From positions 13,268,001 through 13,332,000 of the forward strand of contig CM106586.1 in the NCBI GenBank assembly GCA_048013815.1: 64,000 nucleotides of DNA, in the 5' to 3' direction. Shown piece by piece: positions 11,544 through 20,751 of the stretch. The notes beneath the pieces are model-generated. The model was given only the letters and a program-made list of their open reading frames with translations. It was not told the origin of the DNA and ran no database searches. Both the position numbers and the translations under genes were made by a program. The number at the start of each line of letters is the position of its first letter. Position 1 is the first letter of the stretch. This DNA is from Setoptus koraiensis. Its lineage: Eukaryota; Animalia; Arthropoda.

Positions 11544-14318
11544 TGTTGCGCACTTATATCATATGAACTTATACTTTTTAGATGATACAATTAGCAAACA
11601 TTAATCAACCGATTTCGATAGCTTGCATATATTTTCAACTGAATGTGGCGCCGGTTTCATCAATTTATACCAATAAATTTTATGACTATCACAAGATATT
11701 CGAGTTTAAGGTGAATAATTTATAAAGGGCTTGATTGCGCTCGAATGTGAGCTTGCCGGCGAGCTTTTAAACAGTTGCTCTAATTAACTGTGTGCTGCGT
11801 GCGTGTTTGCTCTATATTGTGTCTGCTATTGTGAAGGCTTACGTAACGGTTGGATTGTTGGCACAAGCACACACCCGAAAGGCAATTGTCTTGGCGCCAC
11901 TTTCGAGCAACCACTATTGATTGGTTGGTGGGTCGGATAGAGATTAATTAGTTGTAGCCTTGACGTTGTTTGTCGATTATTGTTGCCAATGGGACGCTCT
12001 TGGAGGCAAACAAAAGATTTTACACTGTTGTGTCGTACGTCGTTTTTATTATTATGTCGAATAAATGCAGGAGTGCTCTCGATCAATTAATGAACTATTT
12101 TATTTGAGCGCCAAGACACTTTTGACGACCCGACTGACTCATAATTCTTATATATACTACGAGTGCTTTCAATTGAATGAAGCCATTCGAAGAAAAAAAA
12201 TCGAAGCGACAGAGTACATTCACATTCGCTCAAGCTGTTCTCTCATAGAGTGCAATGGCTTATTCCATCTGTCTGTACATGTTGTTGTTGTTGTTGTTGT
12301 TGCCGTCGGCCGGCTTGTCGGTGAGTAATCATTGGCAAGCTCGCCAGCTCACTCAATAAAGGGGCTGGTGCTAACACAGTGACTCACTCTACTGTGTATA
12401 TATGGATCTAGCTAGATTAAGATTAAAGTTGCTCACCACCAATGGACTAGTAACATACATTTTATAATCAGAATGAGTGGTTCTGGTACAAACAGTATTG
12501 GAAACAAGTTATCCAACCTTTCTAACCCTAAAACAAGCCTTCCACATTTCACACTGCTACTCTTCTCATATTTTTCTCAAAGAACAACCATGACTCTGCA
12601 CTGATGCATCTATCCAGTATTCATTACGTATAATTTCCACAATAACTGATGCTTATTCGGAATAAACATGTATATGAGATTCGAGAAATTTCTCCCCATT
12701 CATTACATTGTTCGTATTCGCCAGTATTTTGAATGAGCTTCTCCCGATCACGTGATAGGAAATGTTTTTGAAATGTTTTCGATCATATAATGAAAAGAAA
12801 AATCTGCACCGGTTCTTCCAGACACAACGTAACTAATCAACATCGATAACTCTATTCCGAAGCGAATATTTATTTATCTGCCGCCAACTGATCTTTCTAG
12901 TCCGTTGAGGCTTCATCAAATTCAGATAATCATTCAAGGTGTCTAAAGAAGTCTTTTCGAAATAGACTTCTCACTAATGCTATTACTGCCTGCCGTACTA
13001 GACAACCCGCAATCCAGATCAACGAACAATCCGGCGAAAAACGCCAGATTCTGTTGACAATTTCTGTGTTTGCTTTTTTTCACCAAGCAACGGCTTCCTA
13101 TCATATACCCTATCATATATCCTGTCATATATTCCTGTCATATATTTTTTATTTATTATTTTTGTAAACAAAAATAATAAACTTGACAATGTAATAATCA
13201 GCCACTAACTACTGCGAGTTGATTAATGAATGATTGAGCAAGCTCTTGTTTGCTGGTGGAAAGACGAATCAATAGTGAGCATTCGTCACCGACTGATGCC
13301 AGGTAAAAACACTTCGGATCGTCGCAAGGTAATGTAAATTCATTATCGAGAGTAATATCCACTGCGCTGGCTGGTTCGATTAAGAATACCATTAAATTGC
13401 CGCATGTCCTCTGATATAAGTATATCTACTGTTTCTCAATGACTGCTGACAATTTTAACTATGTCGCAAAGGTCCCTTATTACGCCACTTCGTTGTTATT
13501 TAACAATCCGAAAAACTCTTTGGTACATGTAGTAATTTCTGCATAGCAAACACAGTGTTTGACATTGAAACAATTAAGCAACAATGCATAATTATCTCGG
13601 TGCGGTCTTTTTTTAGCTGGATAAATGCCGGACAAGCACCCAATGTGTTATATGAACCATGCAATCGAACTGCCGGTTTGTCTTCTTCTATCTCATTTCA
13701 ACAATGTTGATGAAATTTGAAGTACTAAGTTTGAAAAATTTCAAGCCATTTCACAATGACTCACTAATCATTGCATCACTCTATTATTAGATTTTTGACT
13801 TCTCACCTCAACTTTTTTGGTTGTACATTTCTAGATATTATCACTATACATCGAGATTTCAAGGTAAACATTTCCTCTGCTCGGACCCTATTATAACTCT
13901 CCCACTTTTTTACTATCGATGATGTCTTTCGGAAACTAGTGATTATCATCAGCGAATCGTCTTGATCAGTTTACGACACGATATCTTGACAACATTATTA
14001 ATATTAATCGTTGCATAATAACAAATAGTTTTCCCATTTGATTGTTCTGTCTACCAAGACACTTGACGCTATCTCATTCTCGAACAACTCACTGCCTAAG
14101 CAATAGTTCGTTACAAAGAAATTCGAGTGCACTCCACCATTCAAAATGCATGTGATTTTTGTTGAAATAAACAAACAAATATTCTCTTATCACATAGTCA
14201 GTATACTACTGGTAAGCTTCCATAGTGTTCGATTAAAGGAGTTTCTGCAATTATGCGAGAGATCATCAATACAAAATATGAAGAGAATTTATATTAAACC
14301 TTCCTTTTTTATATGATC

Positions 14319-16397
14319 TTAGCCTAACTTTATTGCATTTGCTTTGAACGTCGCATCGGCATCGGCCCAATAATGAATAAGTTTCCTATCGGAATCATCA
14401 ATATTGAACAAATGATAAATCCGATCTAAATTGGGCGGCACATTGTTCCTCGCTATGGCCCAAACCATTTTAGCTCTGATCAACCATTCCTTTTTTGTTG
14501 CTAACATATATTTTTCCAAGCAGTCGTCCGAATAGAGAACATTTATTATTATCTCCATAAGATTAGTCAAAAATTGAGGCAACTTTGCGGGTATCCTTTC
14601 TTTACTATGCAGAGTTATCCGATACTTCGACGATGTAAGCCTATTTGATTCAGTGTTAGCTTCAAGCGTTTTATGATATCTCACAGATGTTTGCGTACTA
14701 GTACTAGATGTTCGCGACGGTCTTTGTTGCCATAGCGGCGTAGTTACGTGAATATTGGCATTGTTCTCTTGCGTAATACACGAAATTGTATTCATATCAC
14801 TGATATCAATTAAAAGTTGATAGTTGGACTCTAGAATATTATTAGGCAACGTGTTGCCCACCACGCCCAATATATTCAATTTCCAACAATCATCATTAAT
14901 GGATATTTCTTGATTGGTCGATTCTTGCATCGGCTCAGTTGGCAGCAACTTAGCCAAACACTTCATAAACTCTAATAGAAAATCCCTGTATTTACATATA
15001 ATTACAATACTACTACCCACTATTGTATGATAGCCAATGATTTTGAATTTATCTCGGCCCAGAAAGAAATACATGTGCCTCAACGAAGTGAAATACTTCG
15101 CGTTGCGCCAATAACAATCATTAACGTTACTGTGATTCAGTTGAATTATTTGACTAGGTGAAGAGGTGATGCTCGAACAGTTGGATCTTATCTCTTGGGG
15201 AACGTTATTGTTTTGCTGACTAGCATTGAAGATATCGTTTGAACCTCTCGTATTTTTTTTGTTCTGATTATATACCGACGAAGATAATCGATTAACATGG
15301 TATCGTGGACTCAATAGTGATTGGATTCTCTCAGTGGCTAATTTAAGTATACGACAAAAAAGCAAATGGAGGTTTGCAAATATTAGTTCATCCTGAGTCA
15401 GATCAATCAATGAACGAGCCTCACTATTAACTCTTTGAGTATTAGTTGAATCACGGCCTCCGGGTAGTTTGATAGTGCTGCTGGTGGATGCTTGGCTAAA
15501 TGCTGATCTGTTTGATGTTGTTTTACCTCCGCTACTAATGCCACTACTGCTAGTTATTGAGGCCGATTTTAATAAATTAGGTTCTCTACTATTGCCTGTC
15601 GTGCCATGGGTTGAATCGATGTCTGATGAAGATCTGTCATCTGAGGAGTCTTCCATGTTTGATAAACTAGATGCTTGATTACTATTTAATGCGGCATAGG
15701 CCATAGAAGTAGAGCTAGCTGGGTTATTGTAACGAGCAACCCTATTCATGAGGTTACTGTTCATATTACTAGGATAACCAAACTGGGATACTCTATCCAA
15801 TCTTATCGACCATCGTTGTTGTTTGCAATCGAGCATAGCAATCTCGTCCTTGAAGATTTGTGCTGATTTTTGTTTAAGTTTATCAATAATCGAGTCGACA
15901 TGTTCGCTGTAAAACTTCCAACTAGACAATAGATACGCTTTACTTGGATGACTGATAATTATGCTGTATGTCCGATTGAATCCTCTTGCTCTACTATCTT
16001 TCAAAACAAACAACCAACTAAGATTGTGCCATCTAACATCATCACCAAAATATATTGTGCCCTCTTTTTCTTGCGGATATGTTTCACAACTAAGGCTTCT
16101 GACACATGCTTGCTTGATAAGGCTCCTGAAGCAGATTGCTTCATTAGTGGTAATGTATTTTCTATTAAGTGTCTCGTCGTTGGTCACGTAGCCCTTATAA
16201 AGTGGAGCATTTCTCTTGATGAGTGACTTTGGCGTCAGGCTGCATCCCTCGCATATCTTGGGATTATTTTGGTCCACAAATTGAAGGGCGATATCATGTG
16301 ATGCTGAGGTTTTGTCAAAGCTTTGAGTTGAGAAGACAGTGCTGGGTCCATGAATCTCACAAAAATGACACAGAGACAATATGGGTGTAAATTCCAT
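14319..16397 (-). CDS. FLCN: Folliculin (FLCN; Rag GAP subunit), single exon, ~692 aa
   Basis: N-terminal LSLCHFCEIHGPSTVFSTQ, CEGC, QACVRSLSCE, FGDD and KDSRARGFNRTYSII motifs of the longin domain, followed by a C-terminal DENN-like region. First ATG at 16397 (the ORF track starts at an upstream non-ATG codon). Confidence 0.92.
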   Translation of the reverse strand: MEFTPILSLCHFCEIHGPSTVFSTQSFDKTSASHDIALQFVDQNNPKICEGCSLTPKSLIKRNAPLYKGYVTNDETLNRKYITTNEAICFRSLIKQACVRSLSCETYPQEKEGTIYFGDDVRWHNLSWLFVLKDSRARGFNRTYSIIISHPSKAYLLSSWKFYSEHVDSIIDKLKQKSAQIFKDEIAMLDCKQQRWSIRLDRVSQFGYPSNMNSNLMNRVARYNNPASSTSMAYAALNSNQASSLSNMEDSSDDRSSSDIDSTHGTTGNSREPNLLKSASITSSSGISSGGKTTSNRSAFSQASTSSTIKLPGGRDSTNTQRVNSEARSLIDLTQDELIFANLHLLFCRILKLATERIQSLLSPRYHVNRLSSSVYNQNKKNTRGSNDIFNASQQNNNVPQEIRSNCSSITSSPSQIIQLNHSNVNDCYWRNAKYFTSLRHMYFFLGRDKFKIIGYHTIVGSSIVIICKYRDFLLEFMKCLAKLLPTEPMQESTNQEISINDDCWKLNILGVVGNTLPNNILESNYQLLIDISDMNTISCITQENNANIHVTTPLWQQRPSRTSSTSTQTSVRYHKTLEANTESNRLTSSKYRITLHSKERIPAKLPQFLTNLMEIIINVLYSDDCLEKYMLATKKEWLIRAKMVWAIARNNVPPNLDRIYHLFNIDDSDRKLIHYWADADATFKANAIKLG

Positions 16398-16828
16398 TTG
16401 CTCCGAGTGCCTCCGGTGTTTTAATTGCACAATAGGTCAGTCTTGGCGGTAATATAGCTCACTTGCCATTTTCGTGGTGAAATTGGCATATGGATCAAGA
16501 TAAAATCAATGTATATTCAATCACAGGGGGGGATCGACCATAAATATCAATACAGCTGCACTGACAACAATCGGCTGATCTTTTATGCTTTGCGCACAGG
16601 AACAAGTGTGAACTTTGCACAGAAATCCATTCTTTTTGTCACTATTAGTGACTCACTAACAAAACATCGGTATCTTATACATCAGGCTCAACCGTTCGAA
16701 TCCAATCACATGTATAAACGTGAAGGGTGCGAGGTTGACACTGGCCCCTTTTACGATAGTTATATATGTTATCAGCAATCATTCTCGAGGATAATACTGT
16801 TGCATTTCGGATATATCTCCCGATGTTT

Positions 16829-18000
16829 CTCTGTGCTGCCTTCGACAATTCAGACAGATGGCAATCTGACCGTCCGATGCGCATGATTGCGTTTTATATT
16901 GATACGGCTTGCTGCGCTGTTTGATGCCTGTGTGATGCCGCGATGGGCATCGGTAGCACATAGCCGGTCTAGCTAACACGCCCCTCCGCGCGGATATCCA
17001 TGAGCGGATACGACCATGCCACTGCTCAACACAAGGAGCGCGTATGACCATAACAAACACAGATAACGCAATGCTTTGGCGCCGAGACGACGGTTGAAAT
17101 TAAGAATAGAGACTCAAAAGAGGATGACTAACAACTTTTCAAGTTGTCGTGATAAGTTGGATCCCAAAAAGGAGACTAGGAATCAGTACCGATTATCGAC
17201 ACGCAGGAGTAAGACATAACTCGAAAAACATATAACGATATAATACATGTACCCAATAAAATTCAGTAAATCCGCTAATTAGCGTTGCTCGAAACCCAAA
17301 TACCACGACACCCCCGCTTATTATTCCAATGCAGAAATTCTGACATAAATGCAAACTGATACACCAACCAATCAACACTAAGAACTGCCTCAAAGGAACG
17401 GACCTTTTCGGCAGATAATTCACATATATTGTTACCTACTCAGTCACACCATTGCTGTACGTATCCACCGATACAATCGGGTATTCGAGGCTAACTAAGT
17501 TGTAATATCACATCCCATACCAAGAATCTTCGTTGCCTCAGATTCAACTACAAGTCGGTGACTTCCGAACTTAACAAAACAGCACCAACGGCAGCGCATT
17601 AACGAACACACTTGTCGATAGACTTCGCCTTTCCAAGGCATAGAAATAAATGCAGACCTAGTTTCCATGAGATACTCATTTATTGTCATATACAACGACT
17701 CCTATACCAAAATCTGCCTCGGACCGCCAATCTCTTTCGGTGTAAAATTCCAGCCTGATTTCCTCTATAATATCACGCTTATTCGATACAATTCTACCGA
17801 CACATAACGCATCCCGAGGAAAGTCACTTGCTAGCGTATATACACAGGGTAAAACAAACAGTGCCTCGCGTTAGGTTACCGCTCGGCCATTTCTGATATT
17901 CACCATCTAATATTCACCGCGGTTCACTCCCGCACGCCCGTACCGAAGGGTATTCTGAATCCAACGCATAAACGTCGCTGCCCGAGGTATAAACTACATA
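16829..18000 (-). ncRNA. Candidate telomerase RNA (template UAACCUAAC for TTAGG repeats; pseudoknot core; 3' box H/ACA)
   Basis: No credible ORF and a G/U-rich minus strand. Template 17878-17870; boundary helix ACCGC-GG (17923-17917)/CC-GA-GCGGU (17886-17878); P2 helices 17863-17834/17810-17774; P3 UGA-C-UUUCCUC (17826-17816)/GAGGAAAUCA (17765-17756); P1 CCUCGGGC (17987-17980)/GUCCGAGG (17724-17717); box H AUAUAA 16899-16894; ACA 16834-16832. Hand-folded only; 5' end uncertain. Confidence 0.6.
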
Positions 18001-18241
18001 CTCTGCTCCTTAGGCACGACACCTGTATAAAAGGCTAAATCACACTGATTTTAGTTACCGATTGATACCTAGGGGAGCTTGTGTAGCGCAACAACAGTGC
18101 ATGTGCGATGAGTGTGGCGACTCGCATTGGAAAACTCGCCAACTCTCTCGCTGAATAAACATTGGAGCTGCAGTTTTGCGCCATGGATCTAAGAATATTA
18201 CGCAAATGTCATAATGGTTACTTTATTTGTGGTACTGGAGT

Positions 18242-18751
18242 TCATGTATCATATTTTTTTTCATCATCTCCATCTCTAGTTTGATTCAATAACTCTCTTT
18301 CTCTTTGTTCCATCTCGGGCGTTATGGTGTGATCTTTGCGTGGTTTCATGGTCTTGACACGCTTAGGCTCTTCAGGTGCATCTTTTAGTTGTTCATCAGA
18401 GTATCCTAGTCCTCTCAGTATGGCAAGACCGAACCCTTCAACAGGAGTTTTTTCGTAACTTTCAAGTGATGGTGGAGGAGGCAGAGGATCATCTCTTTTC
18501 CTTGGGTTTTTTGGTGGGTATATAATATAGGATGGTTTTGTCTTGGGTGTAGACTTGACAGGATCCTTGGCAATTGCTTTCTTATTAGAGAATCCCTTGA
18601 TTAGATCACGTTTGATTTTCTTATTCGATCTAACATCTTCGTCATCGTCATCTTCATCGGTGAATTTAGATAGTTTTTTGGTTGGTTTAGCGATCGCCCC
18701 AAACGAAAAGCCCACTTTAGGGGCGCCAGTTTTCTTGTCTTTCCCTTCCAT
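18242..18751 (-). CDS. GPKOW: Short Spp2/GPKOW-like G-patch splicing factor, ~169 aa, single exon, no KOW domains
   Basis: N-terminal KVGFSFG and G-patch PSLESYEKTPVEGFGLAILRGLGY, matching the Spp2/MOS2/GPKOW pattern YexvPVexFGxAmLRGMGW. AATAAA lies 14 nt after the stop (18227-18222). Confidence 0.75.
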   Translation of the reverse strand: MEGKDKKTGAPKVGFSFGAIAKPTKKLSKFTDEDDDDEDVRSNKKIKRDLIKGFSNKKAIAKDPVKSTPKTKPSYIIYPPKNPRKRDDPLPPPPSLESYEKTPVEGFGLAILRGLGYSDEQLKDAPEEPKRVKTMKPRKDHTITPEMEQRERELLNQTRDGDDEKKYDT

Positions 18752-18786
18752 CCCTGATTTTTTATAGATGGATACTTTCGAATTGA

Positions 18787-19161
18787 TCAACCCCAAGCCT
18801 GTGAGGTAGCGTAATATATAACTAGTTTACCATCTGATTCGAAGCAGTCATATAAATTTTTGACTGTTTGATCAAGAGCGGGTGCGAAAGTCTGATTTAT
18901 ATACAGAAACAAAGATATACCATCGTTGAGCTTGATGTATTTGCGCAAAAATGTATGTATGTATGATACTTTGTGTGAAAGATCTATTGCCCAAATTTCC
19001 TTATTTAATTTAGGTGCATCCCCTGTTGGTTTAAGTAAGACTCGAATTTTGTTCGATGCTTGCGGTTTAGCCGATTTAGACAAACTGGTGGTCGATGAAG
19101 CGTCGGTTTGATCTAATTTTTGCTCATCAGTGGTGGAGGGTGCTGAATTGGGTGTAGTCAT
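18787..19161 (-). CDS. ATG12: Autophagy ubiquitin-like protein ATG12, ~124 aa, single exon
   Basis: KIRVLLKPTGDAPKL, SLFLYINQTFAPALDQTVKNLYDCF and the diagnostic C-terminus YATSQAWG*. Confidence 0.95.
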   Translation of the reverse strand: MTTPNSAPSTTDEQKLDQTDASSTTSLSKSAKPQASNKIRVLLKPTGDAPKLNKEIWAIDLSHKVSYIHTFLRKYIKLNDGISLFLYINQTFAPALDQTVKNLYDCFESDGKLVIYYATSQAWG

Positions 19162-19416
19162 AATGGTAATGACATGATGATTGAAAATTGTCAAAATAAA
19201 CTTAACAATTTTACCTCATAGCATTCTGGTGAGCAAGTTGCATAAAAATGAAGAAAACACACAGATCAGCTGATCTATGCATTTGGTGTCCGTGAAAAGA
19301 ATTCGTTTGGTAGGGAGCACTTTCTGTGCTTTTTATACATTTACTACATTTGGGAGAAGGACAATGAATAATATATCTTCATAAAAAAACATTTCGATCA
19401 CCCCATACAATCGACA
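19162..19416. promoter_or_regulatory. Probable bidirectional promoter between head-to-head ATG12 and ZMAT2
   Basis: Only 255 nt separate the two divergent start codons. The position is the only evidence; no core elements were identified. Confidence 0.5.
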
Positions 19417-19902
19417 ATGGATAGAACAGAGGATGGGACTGTGGCCAGACCACCTCCCACTAAGAGGCCCAGGTCGTCGCAAGTTGCCAAACCTCCAGAA
19501 GCACCCTTGAAACCTAGAGAATATAAAACTGACTTGGAATCAAAGTTAGGAAAAACCACCGTTATAAGTCAGACTGCCTCGCTTAGCCAATCAGGCGGAT
19601 TTTATTGTGATGTTTGTGATTGTGTTGTAAAAGATTCTTTGAATTATCTCGACCACATCAATGGAAAAAAGCATCAGCGTAATCTTGGCATGTCAATGAA
19701 AGTTAAACCATCTACTCTCGAAGAAGTTAGAGCTCGCATAGAGGCAAAGAGGAGAGAAGTAGAGGAAAAATCCAAGGAGTATGACATACATGAACGACTG
19801 CAAGATATAAAACAGGAAGAAGAGCGCATCAGGGAGTACAAGATAGAAAAACGCAAAAAACGAAGGAACAAAGATAGAGATAGGGACAGAGATCGAGATT
19901 GA
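19417..19902 (+). CDS. ZMAT2: ZMAT2/Snu23 matrin-type zinc-finger spliceosomal protein, 161 aa, single exon
   Basis: [57 protein letters not shown], followed by a coiled coil and an RD-repeat tail. Confidence 0.93.
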   Translation: MDRTEDGTVARPPPTKRPRSSQVAKPPEAPLKPREYKTDLESKLGKTTVISQTASLSQSGGFYCDVCDCVVKDSLNYLDHINGKKHQRNLGMSMKVKPSTLEEVRARIEAKRREVEEKSKEYDIHERLQDIKQEEERIREYKIEKRKKRRNKDRDRDRDRD

Positions 19903-20103
19903 TAGAATTGAAAGACTTGTTCGCAAAGCTACCGATGTTAAGTGTCATCTATGCGTACATGAGCATCATAGACAATTTATCATGATTATATAATTTATAT
20001 GTTCAATCTTTTATAACAATATACACTAATATGTATATATACTGAAATTATCATCTACATTTGATTAAATGTATACTAAGTGGAGCGTATGTGGGTCATC
20101 GCC

Positions 20104-20751
20104 TCAATCGTCCTCAAATATTTGATCCTTTGGTAAAAGAGCGTCAATGAACGGCAAAGGTGATGGCTTGATTGAGATCAATGGAAAAAATTTGTTCATG
20201 TTGACATTGTTTGCGAATAAGCTATGATTGAAATTTGATTCGCATGTTTTAGCTATAAATCGTGTCAAAGCTCGTTCGACATCTCTTTTTTGGCTGGCCG
20301 TCTTTTCTCTAATAGCTTCAAATTCTGTTATGGGTTGCCTATGGGTGGGTGTCCTTATGTATGAGTGAGGGTCAGGGAAAGGTGGAAAATAGTCTGGGAC
20401 GTAGGGGTGTAGTGGCCTTTTTTGACCGGTTTGAAGTATCTTGGGCGTACTATGGACAGATTCACGACCTGGTGCGGGTATTCTTAAAATATTGCGTCTT
20501 CTTCCGTATGCCGGCAAAGAGTTCACATCAATGCCCATATCTATTAATGCTAAAATTACGTCGGATGCCAGAGTTTCTGTCCTGCCACTTAGTTCACACA
20601 AGGCTTGAGAGCTTCGACCTATCTCAGATAACAGAGCTTGCAACATAACTGTAAGTGTCTCTATGACCTCCGATTCGGCCGTGGCAAATCCAGCTTCGTG
20701 ACAGCATGCACAAACGGCCAATGATAAAACACGTCGTCTTGCTTGAGCCAT
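20104..20751 (-). CDS. TAF8: TFIID subunit TAF8 (histone-fold/BTP domain plus TAF8_C), ~215 aa, single exon
   Basis: EAGFATAESEVIETLTVMLQALLSEIGRSS histone fold; PYVPDYFPPFPDPHSYIRTPT and IREKTASQKRDVERALTRFIAKT TAF8_C motifs. Confidence 0.92.
   Translation of the reverse strand: MAQARRRVLSLAVCACCHEAGFATAESEVIETLTVMLQALLSEIGRSSQALCELSGRTETLASDVILALIDMGIDVNSLPAYGRRRNILRIPAPGRESVHSTPKILQTGQKRPLHPYVPDYFPPFPDPHSYIRTPTHRQPITEFEAIREKTASQKRDVERALTRFIAKTCESNFNHSLFANNVNMNKFFPLISIKPSPLPFIDALLPKDQIFEDD

Noticed and set aside
13745-13785. Minus-strand UGAGUCAUUGUGAAAUGG, similar to bantam miRNA
   Set aside because: The seed has a deletion relative to bantam and the hairpin is only 8 bp with the sequence straddling the loop.
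16509-17695. Several 66-125 aa ORFs over the candidate TR region
   Set aside because: Mutually overlapping, Cys/Arg-rich, no motifs; consistent with chance ORFs in structured non-coding DNA.
17811-17832. Plus-strand GAGGAAAGTC, resembling the CR-I/P4 motif of RNase P/MRP RNA
   Set aside because: No matching CR-V/P4 partner was found downstream. G-U pairing and G/U skew favour the minus strand, where this sequence is the P3 strand of the telomerase-like knot.
18025-18032. Plus-strand TATAAAAG TATA box near the TR candidate 5' end
   Set aside because: It points away from the candidate RNA and no plus-strand gene follows within range, so it cannot be assigned.
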